Source of the DNA: Callorhinchus milii
Taxonomy: Eukaryota
Length of the DNA: 64,000 bases
NCBI RefSeq assembly: GCF_018977255.1
Contig: NW_024704743.1
Span: forward strand, 10,232,001 to 10,296,000
Reading direction: 5' to 3'
The notes under the pieces are model-generated. The model was not told the DNA's origin, did not search any database, and was given only the letters and a program-made list of their open reading frames with translations. This document shows, one piece after another, positions 51,023-64,000 of this stretch. The stretch's first letter is position 1. Every line of letters starts with the position of its first letter. A program made the translations under genes and the position numbers.

Positions 51023-51665
51023 ATAACTGATCTGTGTTTGGGCAGCAAGGTTTGACTCGAAAGGGACATCACAACTGACCTTACCCAATTGACCAGACCA
51101 CAAAAGTGCTGGATTAGTAAGGAGAATGGGATCTTGGACACAACTCCTCATTGTTTTTTCCTTTCTATCCCAAGAAGGCCAAGGTCAATTGTGGAAGCTC
51201 CACTCCTACTTTAGCTGTGATTTGAAAATGTAGCATAGGTTTGGGAAATGTCCATGCCTATATCACTCAGATTTACACCAGATAATGCCAAGTGAAATCG
51301 GAATACCTGAGTCCTATCTATTCCTACTGTGACCTCACTAAATATTGGAGAGTGTATATGACAGGTCCTAGTTTGTGCTTGTTAATTCTCAGTTTGGCTT
51401 AGTTGAGGTAGCACAACCACCTGTGGGTCAGAAGGTCGTGAATTCAAGCCCCATATCAGAACTTGAGAGCTCACACTCTCGGCTGACACTCCAGTACAGT
51501 TCTGGGGAAGTGCTGCTTTGTTAGAAGTGATGTCCTTTTGATGAGATATCAAACAAATATGGTGACAAACACTGATGACAATGAGTATTTTCTCTTGCAG
51601 AAGATTATGAAGATGTGGAATACACTGCTCCAGAAAGCTGTAGAAATGGAATGACTAGGGAGTTT

Positions 51666-52084
51666 TAATAATAATGTTAATCATTCTTACATTTGGTATA
51701 CCACCGTTCATGTCAGGAGGATGTCCCAAAGCCCTTCACAAAATGTACGGCAAAGGGCAGTATGCATTTTGTGGGGAAACACGGCAGTCCAAATTGCACA
51801 CAGCAATGTCCTGCACACAGTCATGAAGTGAACGACCGATTTGATTTAGGGAATTGTTGGCCAGGAGACCAGGAGAAACTCCCTTCTCTTTTCAAATAGT
51901 GCCATGGAATCTTTAACGTCCATCTGAACAGGCAAATAGGGTCTCCGAAGGGCAACACCTCCAACAATTCAGCACTGCATTGGAGTGTCATCTTAGACTT
52001 TATGAGTTCCAAGTCCTGACGTGGGGCTTCAACTCACAACCTTCTGACTCAAGGGCAAGAGTGCTACCAACTGAGCCAGACTGA
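51666..52084 (-). mobile_element. SINE-B, near full length, inserted in an old CR1 3' end (about 51585-52237)
   Basis: Head ccttctgactcaagggcaagagtgctaccaactgagcc; CR1-like flanks such as gatgggctgaatggcttcctcctg. Confidence 0.8.
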
Positions 52085-53336
52085 TGCACATTTAAAAGAG
52101 AGATAGATCGATTCTTGGGAAGTGATTATTAAGAGGTCAGATGAACGGGCTTGGGTTAGGGATAAAAGATTTGAAAATCGGTGAAACAGATGTGATGGGC
52201 TGAATGGCTTCCTCCTGTTCCTGGTTTCCTATATTCCTGAAGATTTCCATCATATTTTTGAAACGGAGGAGGGAGGTTTTCCAGTGCCCTGGCCAACTCC
52301 CCCAGATAGATTAATCACTCACATCATGGCAGTTTCTATGACATTGCTATGCACATATTGGAGACTATGTTTGCCTGCAAATAAATAGTCACTACATTTA
52401 AAAGCAATTACATGTGGAGCACTTCGAGACACATCAACGTTACAGGCACTACATCAAAGGCAAGGATAAATAATACTATTATGCGTGGGAAAGCAGTTTA
52501 CATGCTAATCACTGTAAAGAATTCTGCAGTGACACGTTTTCTATCATGACGGTTGTGATTAACAGCAATAAAATTCACACAACTATCATTCACATAACTA
52601 ATTCATTGCAAGAGTGTGCAAATTCAGTTCTTCCACTGAGTTGACATTGTAACCTGTTTTTATATGACTTATTACTGTGCACAAAACTGGCCTTGGCATT
52701 CCCATTGAGGTCCAGCAATCCTGCTGTTTCTCAGTATGGGCCTTGTAAAATACTTTCTGATTCAATTAGAAAGATGCTGTTGATGGGAATCTGTGGGGAT
52801 AGACTTTGTGTGCATTGTTGCTTGGGCAAAAGAAGAAAATCTACTCAATGAGGAGTCAAATTGCATAAAATTGACAATAATGACCCATGATTAATCTATT
52901 CCATACTACTGTGATCACCTCATCTCCAGCCATGCTCAGTGCAGTCAATAGCAGAGGCAGCTGTGTCGAGAAAGCCTTATTCACAGCTTGTGAATTCCTT
53001 GTCTTTGTTTAGCTTCCATACTTCACTGAGTCCGCAGTTTGTTGCTGTCAGGGTGAAGGGTGGAAACGGACTTATTAAATAATGCTGCCGCATTTTAATT
53101 GAAAAATTACAGTTTTAGTTGAAAGAGTCAATAATCGTGGTAATGTTGCTTGTATTTAAAGTGCTGTTTCTTACAATCAACTGTCAATTAGTACTGGATG
53201 AGCATCCAATGATTCCATCACAGTTATTACCAACCTGCACTGCAGCGTGGGTGTAATTTCAGATCAATGAAATGCTGTATCCTGGCGAACGCTTTGATTG
53301 CAAAATTAAAAGTGGGTAAAGGTGAAATAAAACCTC

Positions 53337-53594
53337 CTTCAGCCTCTCTACCTCCACCCTCTGGAACTCCATCCCACAGTCCCTCCGCCTCACCCCCTCC
53401 CTTGCATCCTTCAGGACCCATCTCAAGCCCCTCCTCTTTGACCATGTGTTCAGTCACCCTCCCACCCCTACCTTCCTTGCCCTCTACCCCTCCTGATCCC
53501 AACCATCAGCTCTGGTGCGGATCCCTGACTGTCCAGCGCCTTGGGACATCCTCTTGACGTGAAAGGCACTATACAAATGTAATGTGTTGTTGTG
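53337..53594 (+). mobile_element. L2 3' fragment
   Basis: ccttcagcctctc, ctctggaactccatccc and cagcgccttgggacatcc tail. Confidence 0.8.
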
Positions 53595-53646
53595 GTTTGC
53601 TTTTAATTTTGAATAATTACAGCACTCTTACCTCTGAGTTAATGGT

Positions 53647-53957
53647 GGAGTTCTGTAGCTCAGTGGTTAAAGCACTCGCCTCGCAAGCGAGAGACCTGGG
53701 TTCGATTCCCGGCAGGGCGAAATCTTGGAAGTTTCCTTACGCCATACGCCTGTTAATAATCCCTCAAGAAAAAAACAATAATAACTTGGTCACTTCAATC
53801 CATGACTGTTTGTGGGATACTGCTGTGTGCAATTGGCTGCCGCATTTCGCCCACAAATATACAGTCAATTCACCTTACAGTACATTCTATTCTTTGAGAC
53901 GTCTAGAAGACGTGAAAAGCGCTATATCAAATGCAAGGATTATTATTATTATTATTA
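53647..53957 (+). mobile_element. SINE-A short form nested in a SINE-B (about 53620-54170)
   Basis: Intact head with ggttcgattcc; TSD TTAATGGT at 53639-53646 and 53958-53965. Confidence 0.92.
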
Positions 53958-54387
53958 TTAATGGTACTTTGATAGTCAAGGCTGATACTCCATGCACCGC
54001 TGGAAGTGCATTGCATTGTTGGAAGTGCCGCCCTTCTGATTAAATGTTAAACCAAGGTCCTATCTGCTTGTTCAAGTGGACATAAAAGATCCCATTGGCA
54101 CGATTCAAAACAGAAGGGAGTTTCTCATGGTGTCCTGGCCAACCATCCCCCAAGTAAAATTAGTAATTTATTGATTTTTATTTACTGATTACCCAGCACT
54201 GAATTCTGATTTATTTTTAAGAAAGAAACACCTCAAAGTTCCTGACAGTAATTGAAGTGTCGTGACTGGATTTTGTAGGTAAATGTCACAGCCATTGCAT
54301 ACTTGACAAAGTTCCACAAACAACCAGGAGGTGGATGACCAATTAATGTGGAGGACTATTTGGCTGAGTATCTGCAGGAAGCATTGT

Positions 54388-54706
54388 GGAGTCCTGTAAC
54401 TCAGTGGTTAGAGCACTCGCTTTGCAAGCGAGAGACCTGATTCAATTCCAGGCAGGGCGAAACTTTGGGCAAGTTTCCTTACTCCACACGCCTAATAATC
54501 CCTCCAAAACAAAACAAAAACAATAAAAAATTGGTCATTTTTAATCCATGACTGTTTGTGGGACATTGCTGTGTGCAATTAGCTGCCGCGTTTCGCCCAC
54601 AAATATACAGTCAATTCACTTTACAGCGAATTCTGTGAAATGCTTTGAGACGTCTAGAAGATGTGAAAAGCGCTATATCAAATGCATGGATTATTATTAT
54701 TATTAT
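54388..54706 (+). mobile_element. SINE-A short form, full length
   Basis: ggagtcctgtaactcagtggttagagcactcgctttgcaagcgag head; (ATT)n tail. Confidence 0.9.
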
Positions 54707-54757
54707 ATTATGGAATCTTTATTGTCCATCCGAGGACAGGAAGACAGGACCTTACTT

Positions 54758-55080
54758 TAATAATAATATTCCTTGCATTTTAGAGTACCTTATGATGTCA
54801 TTAAGTCGTTTCAAAGCGCTTCACAGAATATATAAGTGAATTGACAGTATAGTTTGTGGATGAAATGTGGCAGATAATTGCACACAACAGTGTCCTGCAA
54901 ACAGTCGTGGATTGAGTGACCAAGTTGTTATTTTTTTATGGGATTATTAACCCCAGAAAAGTGAGCCGCCAATCGACTAACAACCGGGTTCCTTCTTACT
55001 ACAAGTTAACTAGAGGTGTGTGGAGTAAGGAAACTTGCCTAAGGTTTCTCCCTGCCCGGGAATCAAACCCAGGTCCTCTC
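54758..55080 (-). mobile_element. SINE-A long form, head truncated
   Basis: Tail, long middle, ggaaacttgcctaaggtttc. Confidence 0.82.
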
Positions 55081-55514
55081 TATTGCCCTAAGCAATACAT
55101 TATAGGATTCCATTTTCCACACAGCAAACTCCTGCAAACAGCCATGAGGTGAATAACTGATTTATCTCGAGGATTGTTGGCGAGGACATTAGGGTGAATC
55201 TCACTGCACTTTTTGAGTTATCTCCTGGGATCTGGGATGTCTATCTGAAAAAACAAGGCAGATGTGATATTGGTTTAACATCCCATCTGGAGGATGGTGT
55301 CTCTGACAATGTAACAAGAATAACAATCACTTTGATTTAAACTGTGGGCTTCACATAGGATATTATATCTCAGAGTACTTCACAAAGGTGGGGTCAGATG
55401 TCAAGCAAGGGAGGAGGGAGAGGGGGAAAGGACAGGCCAAAAATGACCACTGGGACCAAATAAATAGGTTTCAAGGGAGGATTTAAAGAGAGATAGCGAG
55501 CGACAAAGTACTAT

Positions 55515-55930
55515 ACAACACAAATTTACATTTATATAGTGCCTTTTAATGTTGGGAGGATGTCCTGATGTGCTGGACAGTGCAAAGTTTTTACCCAAGG
55601 GAGTGGGGGAAATGGTGGGGTGAAGGGGGAGATGGAGGGAAAGATGACAGAAAGTGAGGTCAAAGATTTTGAGGTGGAGCTTGAAGGAAGCGAGGGAAGG
55701 GGTGAGCTGAAAAGGATGGAGTTTCAGAGAGTGAAAACCCAACAGCCGATGGTAGGAGGGTGGGGTGAGAGATGCGAAGCAGCCCAGTGTCCACTGAGTG
55801 CAGGCAGTAAGTTGGTAAGATTTGAGGTTGCAGAGCTAGGGTGGCTCAAGACCATGAAGGGATTTAAAGTCGAAGATGAGGATCTTGAACTTGATCCGCT
55901 GGGGAACTAATGCAGCCTGCCAAGGATAGG
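55515..55930 (-). mobile_element. Decayed L2 3' fragment
   Basis: catttatatagtgcctttt tail; SLASFKLHLK remnant; aagatgaggatcttgaacttgatcc. Confidence 0.75.
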
Positions 55931-57162
55931 ATCTCATGGAGATGGCGTGATAGAGGGAGGGAGTTTCTGAGATTAAGAGTACAACAGTTCCCCAGCACTG
56001 GACTGGAGTAACAGCCTAAACTACGATTCTCAAGTCCTGACATGGGTGAGGTTTAAACACACAATGCTACTGAGCCAGCTGACAACCCAGCAACATGTTG
56101 CAATTGCATTTTCTGAGTTTTGAGGTCAATTTGACAGCTTGTTCAGTTTAATATCAGCCTGGCTCAGTTACCTACAATACAATTGTAAAGTATACACTTT
56201 ACAATCAATGCTATGAAGTGCCTTGAGAAGTCCTCCTGACATGAAAGGCACAAAATCAAATGGAATGATTATTTATTATTTATCTATATTTGATAGGTAA
56301 ACATACAATGGACTCAGATTTGTGTGTTGTGACCTCCCTCTCCCAAGGAACAACCACAACAACTTGCATTTATATGCATTTATACCCTTCACGTAGAGTT
56401 ATGTCATAGAGTGCTTTAACTCTATGAAGCCTGGCCTACAGCATTCAATCTGCCCCAGGGATCACATCCTTTGGCTGTCGATTAGAGTTGTTTTGTTTGT
56501 TGAAAAGCCAATATGGAATAGGCTGCTAAATTGCCCCTGTCCCCATTGTTCCACCAAATTGACTTGTATATGTCGGTGGAAGCGAAATTATAAAGAACAG
56601 CGGTGCACAATGCACATTTGCAAACTAAAACTCACAGGCAGAAAATTGTCTTTCTGTCAGTGAACTAGTGATTTTTGAAGTGAAAAGCAATTAGAAGCTA
56701 ATCTGTTCAACAGCCAAAAGCTTGTGTCATTCTTTGGCTCAAATTAGGTAGCAAATGAATGCTATTCAACTGGACTAAATGACACTGTCTCTAATTTGTC
56801 TCAAATTACTCCTAAATTCTTTTGTTGAAGTAATGGTCAGCTTTTGGAGATGACAGTTTTGTTCTGGCTTTTGTAATTACCAAGCTCTGTCTACAGGAAA
56901 ACACAAACTCAAAATACTGCCTTTCTGCCTTTGCCATTGTAAGAGTCAATCCCATATTAGGGGAGCTTTTGTTTTGAGTTCTGAGTTTCAATGGGTGGTG
57001 TGTGGAAGCTACACAAGAAATTAGAGGAATCCAGGCATGGCAATTTAGTGCTCATAATAATTTTCAGGGTGAGTTATGCATTCAGGGAAGGGGGAGAGTG
57101 GTGGTTGGACAGAGAAACTGCATGAGGATTCTAAGGTTGTAGTGCAGTGGAGAGAATGTTGA

Positions 57163-57468
57163 TTAGATGCTTTGATGGGATAGTCAGTTTTATTTTCTTG
57201 CCCTCCACCCTGCTAGCTCGGACCACCCTACCCATTAGGGTAGGGTTAACAGGAACTGAGTGGGATGACTCCCTGCCCCCAGTGACTGCTCTGCGCCCCC
57301 AAGTCCTATCAATGAGCCAGACTGGCTGAAATATCAGCAGAGGTGCTCTGGAATACTATGGCTCAGGAACAGGATTATCGATAATGTAATGTCCCACTCT
57401 TAGGGCAGGGGAGATGAGGAGCGGTTGGGAGGAGAAAATTAAACTGATTATTCTATCAAAGCATCTAA
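57163..57468. mobile_element. Candidate MITE with about 45-bp imperfect terminal inverted repeats
   Basis: ttagatgctttgatgggatagtcagttttattttct at the left, agaaaattaaactgattattctatcaaagcatctaa at the right. Confidence 0.65.
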
Positions 57469-57469
57469 C

Positions 57470-57648
57470 CACCCCTTCCCTTGCCCTCTTCAAGGTCTGT
57501 CTCAAGACTTTCCTCTTTGACCGTGCTTTCAGCCATCTTTCCCCCCTTGCTCTCCCTGGCCTTCACCCCCAACTCAGATGCAAAACGTGGACTATCCACC
57601 ACCTTGGGACCTCCTCCTGGTGCGAAAGGTGCAATATAAATGTAAATT
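57470..57648 (+). mobile_element. L2 3' tail fragment
   Basis: [19 protein letters not shown]; aaaggtgcaatataaatgt tail. Confidence 0.75.
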
Positions 57649-57663
57649 TATTAAAAAGGTTCT

Positions 57664-58811
57664 GTCCTTGAATGGTTCAGGTCCTATCTCTCACACTGTC
57701 TCCAATTTGTCTTTGCCAACAGTTTCTGTTCCAGCCCCCGCACAGTCTCATGCGGTGTTCCTCAGGGTGCTGTCCTCATTCCCCTCCTCTTCAACCTCCA
57801 GATACTCCCAACTCCCACTTGGTGACACCATCCGCAGATATGGGGTCAAATTCCACATGTATGTGGATGACACCCAACTCTATCTCTCTGTTTCCACTCT
57901 CGATTCCAGGACAACTGATGTCCTGACAGATTGTCTGTTAGACATTAAGTTCTGGATGAGAACCAATTTTCTACAGTTGAATGTCAGCAAGACTAAGACC
58001 CTACTGATTGGTTCATGCTAGTGCCTCTGCACCTCAGGCACTGGCAGCAATCAGCATCTATGGATGCACACTCCACCTCACCAAGCCAGTTAGAAAACTG
58101 GGGGTCTTGTTCGACCCTCAACTGTCCTTATCCATATCCATGTCATAACCCGCTCTGCCTTCCTCCACCTCCACAACATTGCTTGAGTCTGCCACTGCCT
58201 CACTCCTCAGGCCGTCGAATCCCTCAGTCATTCGTCACCTCAAGGTTAGACTATGGAAACTCCCTCCTTGTCGTCTTTCCCAACTCTTCCCTCCACAAGT
58301 TGCAGATCATCCAGAACTCTGCAGCTTGTGTCCTCTCCCACATCAGGCTCTGTGACCTGATCACCCCCACCCTTGCCCCGCTCCACTGGCTCCCCATCGC
58401 TCAGAGGATATAGTTCAAAATTCTCGTCCTCACCTTCAAGGCTCTCATCGGCCTTGCCGATGACCTGTATCTATGACCTGCTGACCCATATCAACCTGTC
58501 CTCTCCCTCCGCTCAGCAGACTCCAGCCTGCTGCATGTTTCCCGCCCGACCCACCCTACCATCGGCGGCCGGGATTTCAGCCTCTCTGCCCCCACCCTTT
58601 GGAACACCATCCCACAGTCTCTTTGCCTTGCTCCCTCCCTTGCCTCCTTCAAGGCATGACTTAATATCCTCCTTTTTGACCATGCCTTCAGCCACACTCC
58701 TACCTCTCTGCCCTCCCTCACCCCAAACCTGCCACCCCCATGCTTGGGTCTTGATATCCGACTATTCAGTACCTTGGGACATCCTCCTGACATGAAAGGC
58801 ACTTTACATGG
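57664..58811 (+). mobile_element. Decayed 5'-truncated L2
   Basis: [42 protein letters not shown]; hairpin tail. Confidence 0.9.
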
Positions 58812-59224
58812 TGATAAGCGCTTAAGCATGGTAATTGATTTCCTCATGTATCAAACACCTGGCTAACTAAAAATAATTCTTCATTTTGCCTATTATTTGC
58901 CTATCTCCTTCCTCCCTCTTTCCCCCCATCCACATCTGAAGGGTGAAATAAATATGTAAATATGTGGTGTCTTCTGTTCTACTCCTCTCACCATTGCTCT
59001 ACCATCACCGATACCGATTATAGAGAATATTTTCTGTTTTCCATCAACAATTGTGTCATTGGAAAGGCAACAGGATGCTAGTCCTGCTACAAGTTCAAAT
59101 CCTGAAAATCAAACTGTAGCTTTTCAGATCCCACCTGGACCACATCCTATGCTTCTTATCCCTCACTTCTCCACCTAGAATACTGCCTCTGTGACCTGGG
59201 AACTCTTCCATAAACTGCAAGGAT

Positions 59225-59712
59225 TATTAAATATTACTATTATAGTACCATTCACAGGAGGATGTTTCAAAGCACTCAAAAGGATTTACTGTAAAGTGCT
59301 TTGCCTGTGTATTTTGTACATAAGCACAGCAATATCCACCAAGGAGCCATGAAGTGAATGACCAATTTCTTTTGACCAGGGCACTAGGAGAAACTCTTTC
59401 CTTTTCTAAATGTTGTTACCACATGTCGCCCACAAAACATTCAGTCAATTCACTTTACAATATATTCTGTGAAGCGCTTTGAGACATCTCGAAGACCTGT
59501 TAAGACATTATAACAAATGATTATTATAGTGGGCTGGAATCTTTAAAGTCCACCTGATGAGATCTAGGTTGAACATCTCATCTGAAGGGACGTCACCCCC
59601 AACCATGCGGAACACGCGAGCACTACATTAGAGTGTCAGCCTAGACTATATGAGTGGGGCTTGAACCCACAACCTTCATGACTCAAAGACGAGGGTGCTA
59701 CCAACTGAGCCT
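59225..59712 (-). mobile_element. SINE-B with an inserted SINE tail piece
   Basis: ggggcttgaacccacaacc and gtgctaccaactgagcc head; body motifs. Confidence 0.7.
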
Positions 59713-59713
59713 T

Positions 59714-62700
59714 ATAGAATCATAAAATTATACAGCACAGAAGGATGCCATTCGGCCCATCGTGTCCATGCTGGCCCTTTGAAAAGAGCTATCCAATTCA
59801 ATCCCACTCCCCCACTCTCTCCCCATAGCCCTGCAAAGTTGTCCTTCCCAAATAATTATCTACTTCTCTCTTAAAAGTGTTATCAAATTGGCTTCCACCA
59901 CCCTTTCAGGCAATGCAATCCAGAGCCAAACAACTCGGTGTGTAAAACAATTTCTCCTCATCTCCCCTCTGTTTCCTTTAACAATTATTTTAAATCAATG
60001 TCCTTGGGTTAGTGACCCACCCGTCAGTGGAAATAATTTCTCCTTATTCACCCTATCAAATCCCCTCATAATTTTGAAAACTTCTATTAAGTCTCCTCTT
60101 AACCTTCTCTTCTCCAAGGAGAACAATTCTAGCTTCTCTGGCCTCTCCCGATAACTGAAGTCCCCCATTCCTGGAACCATTCTGGTAAATCTGCTTTTCA
60201 CCCTCTCCAATGCCTTGACATCCTTCCTAAAGTGTGGTGCCTAGAACTGAACCCAGTTCTCTAGCTGGGGCCTAACAAGTGTTTTTTAAAGGTTTATCAT
60301 AACTTCCTGACTACCATCAGCTTATATTGCCCCTCCTCATTCTTCCTTCCAAAATGCGTCACTTCGTATTTCTCCACGTGTCTGCCAATTTTACCAGTAT
60401 GTCTATGGCCCCTTGCAGTCCGCTACTATCCTCCTCACTGCTTACTACTTTTCCTAGCTTAGTATTATCTGCAAACTTGGAAATTATACTCCATATACTC
60501 ACATTCAGGTCATTTATATAGATCAAAAACAGCAGTGGTCCCAATACCAACCCCTGGGATATACCACTGTACACTTGCCTCCAGTCAGAAAAGCAACCAT
60601 TCACCACCACTCTCTGCTTTCTGTCTTCCAGCCAGTTCTGTATCCATGCTGCCACTGTCCCTTAAATATTGTGGGCTTCTATTTTGCTTACATCTTTCAA
60701 GTGGCACTTTATCAAATGATCTTTTGAAAATCCATATAAAATAAATCAACTGCACTACTTTCATTCACCCTCTCGGTTACTTCATCAAAAAACTGTATCA
60801 GGTTTGTTAACCATGATTTGCCTTTAACAAATCTGTGTTGATTGTCCTTTATTAACTCATTTTTTTCAAGTGAAAATTCATTTTGTCCTGTATTATAATC
60901 CCTACTGACTTTAGGCTGACTGGCCTGAGGTTCTCAGGTTTATCCTTCTGCCCCTTTTTGACAGGGGAGTAACATTTGCAACCGTCCAGTCCTCTGGCAC
61001 TATCTTACCCTCTCCTCCAATACTGTGGCATTGGCTGCATCCTCTTTTGTGAAGACAGATGAAAAGTACTCATTCAGCGCATCAGCCATGCCCTCTGCCT
61101 CCACAAGAAGATTTCCACTTGTGTCCCTAATTGATTCCACCCTACCTTTGACTTACCATTTATTCTTTATATGCTTATAATATACCTCAGGATTCCCTTT
61201 TATGTTACCCGTTAATCATTTCTCATACAATCTCTTTGCCTCTCATCCTTTTTCAGTTCTCCTCTGTACTTTCTATATTCTATTTGATTATCTTTTGTAC
61301 ATGACATTTATCATAAGCCTCCTTTTTCTGTTTTATTTTAATTTCCTTATTCATCTAATGAGGTTTGGATGCCCTACCTTTCCCCTTTGTGGGAATGTAT
61401 TTCTTCTGTCCCCAAAGTATCTCCTCCTTGAAAGCTTTCTATTTCTCGTTAGCTGTTTTACCTATCAATCTTTTTTTCCAGTGCACCTTGGCTGGGTCCC
61501 TTTTAACTCACTGAGATTAGCCCTCTTCCAGTTAAGTACCTTCACCTTTGATTTCTCCTTGTCCCTTCCCATAAGTACTCTAAAACTATCAATGTTGTGA
61601 TCACTGTTGTCCTACTGAAATCTACCCCACTTGCCCCACTTCATTCCCCAGAACTAGATCCAGCACTGCTTCCTTCCTCGTTGGACTGGAAACATACTGA
61701 TCCATAAACTTATCCTGCACACATTTCAGGAATCCTTCCACCTCCTTGCCTTATACACTGTGTGTTTCCCAGTCTATGTTAGGATAATTGAAGTCTCCCA
61801 TTATCACTACTCTATTGGTTTTGCATCTTTTTGAAATCTGCTTGCAGATTTGCTCGTCTGTCTCCTTTCCACTATTTGGTGATCTATAGTATATACAACA
61901 ACAACAACAACAAAATGACATTTATAGAGCGCCTTTCACATTGGGAGGACGTCCCAAGGCACTGACAAACACCTAGCAGAGTAACAGCTCATTTTCTGCT
62001 CCTTAACTCTAACCGAATAGATTCTGTTTCTGAACCCCCTAGCACATCATTCCTTTCCAGGGCCATAACTATGTCTTTAATCAATATTGACACCCCCATC
62101 GCTCCTTTTTCTCCTTCTCTATCCCTTCTGAATACATTGTAGCCAGGAATATTCAGCTCGCATTCCTGCCCTTGTTTGAGCCAAGTCTCCATTATTGCCA
62201 CTACATCATAACCCCGTGTGGCAATTTGAGCCACAGTTCATCAATCTTATTTGTTATATACTGTGCATTTAGACTATTGACCGAGTTTATTCTGCATTTC
62301 TCCCCTCTCTAATCTCTCCTTTTTCTGGATTACTCTTTAATACATTGCTATCTGTCTCTCCCAGCCCTCTATGTATCTTGTTTGTACTCTCTAATGCTAC
62401 ATCCTGATTCCGTTCCCCCCTTGAAATTAGTTTAAATGCTTCCCCACAGCACTAGTTAACCTCCCTATGAGGACACTGGTCCCAGCCCTGTTCAGGTGTA
62501 AACCCATTCACCTTGTACAGGTCCCAACTGCCCTACAACTGGTCCCAATCATCCAGGAACCTCAAGCCTTCCTTTCTGCACCGTTTCTCAAGCCATGTAT
62601 TCATATGTTTGATCCTGCTGTTTTGATACTCACTTGGGAGTAATCCAGAGATCACCACCTTTGAGGTCCTAGTCTTTAGCTTTTTCCCTAGCTTCTGATA

Positions 62701-62940
62701 TTCTTACTGTAGGATCTCAGCCTTTTTTCCCCTATGTTATGGATCCCAACATGGCCCACAACTTCTAAAGGTTCCCCTTCACCTTTTAGAACGTTTTGCA
62801 CCCGTTCCGTGATGCCTTCAACCCTGGCACCAGGGAGGCAACATACCATGCGAGTGTCATGTCTTTGGTTGCAGAAACCCCTGTCTACTCCTTTCACCAT
62901 TGCGTTGGCATTCTTACCTGTGTCCCCTTGTGCATGCATT
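59714..62940 (-). mobile_element. Long decayed CR1 LINE: ORF1 esterase-like region, APE endonuclease, RT, 3' end, with internal deletions
   Basis: VCCLPGARV...HVGIHNIG (ORF1 SGNH-type), YDVVAIMETWL...IPGYNVFRRDR (endonuclease), [17 protein letters not shown] and ISKFADNTK (RT), RGDLIEVFKIM; 3' end atagaatcataaaattatacagcacagaagg. Confidence 0.93.
61895..61965 (-). mobile_element. Very short L2 3' tail insertion inside the CR1
   Basis: (CAA)n plus catttatagagcgcctttcacattgggaggacgtcccaagg. Confidence 0.8.
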
Positions 62941-64000
62941 TGTTTTATATTGCTTTAATATAACTATCATATATTTTATAATTATGTACCTCTTTCCCCC
63001 TCTGCACTGAATTCCCACTCTCACCAAATTCCTTAACAGAATTCTCCTTCTGTTCCACCTCATTCAGTTCCCTCCTCACCAACTGGGCTCTCTGCTCAAG
63101 TGACCTGACACTATATTATAATTACTGTGTTACAAATAGGATTGGATTGAGATTGAGATTGAACTCTTCTCTTGCTGTCACTGGTGCAGTCTGAATCTAA
63201 CACCACCCGATTGAGTTTAAACAAACTTCCTCTAAATGCAGGATTGTGTGTAAATTTCTTCAACTATTTATTCAAGGGATATAGTTAACATGCTAAAAAA
63301 TTACTTTGCATTATACAAAGGAAACATGGCAGAGATACCTTCAGTCCTTCCTACGTCCATGGTCGGACTTCCATTTGTCAGGTTCTTTCACTTAGAATAT
63401 TATTTTAGTGCAACACAGACAGCCTTTCCTGATGCTGTTTACAAAACGATAGAGGCCTCTTTCAGACTATCCCAAACATCCCGGACTGAATGGCAGAAAT
63501 GAGAGGAAACAGGTTTGGGAATGGCAACAGAACATAATGCTGCTATTGATAATATTGCATGACAAGACCAAATCATTCAAACAAGCACTTGACAGTGGTT
63601 GGGTTTGCTTTAAGTGACCCTTGGGGCCTGCAGGATGTGCATGTATGAGGTGAATAAATCTGGTGACAAATTCAGTCATCAGGAAATCCTGGCCCTCTGT
63701 TACTTCTCCAAGTCGTGCCCACCTCAGAGGGCTTGCTGGACTCCTGTCTTTGGGCACAGTGTGTGTCTCTTCAACCAAATCTTATTTTAGGTGCTTGGCA
63801 GGGAATATTTAACTCCTTGACAGCTGCTATCTAAAGGTTGGCATCTGTGAGCTGAAGGAATTGTCACCTCTCAAAGTGGAACATTTAAACCATAGTAGGT
63901 AAAGGGAAATTTAAAGGGGCAGTGTCACTATGCAAAGTGTCATACAAGACATCAACAACAACAAATTATAATAATAATAATAATAATAATATTGCCTCTA

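Noticed and set aside
1..64000. CRISPR array or prokaryotic RT/defence system
   Set aside because: Repeats are dispersed eukaryotic SINEs and LINEs with no regular repeat-spacer pattern; all RTs are L2, CR1 or Penelope type.

Overview
Eukaryotic, repeat-dominated intronic or intergenic DNA. The repeat content (DeuSINE-type SINEs, L2 and CR1 LINEs with shark-like 3' ends, a Penelope element) suggests a cartilaginous fish, possibly a chimaera; this assignment is an inference. I recognise no host protein-coding exon, functional RNA gene, CRISPR array or prokaryotic system. Every ORF with a recognisable product comes from a retrotransposon: many L2 fragments (one young copy at 14497-15889), CR1 copies (16690-18799; a long decayed copy with esterase ORF1 at 59714-62940), and a decayed Penelope-like element with RT, GIY-YIG nuclease and a hammerhead-like motif (19750-22560). 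Dozens of copies of two tRNA-headed, L2-tailed SINE families are present (called SINE-A and SINE-B here). The best second-look items are a covarying 3' hairpin shared by the SINEs and L2, the Penelope hammerhead remnant, three local duplications or templated insertions at 43-48 kb, a tRNA-Lys retrocopy inside a CR1, and a TIR-bounded MITE candidate. I found no convincing new biological system. Boundaries of decayed repeats are approximate and not every small fragment is listed.
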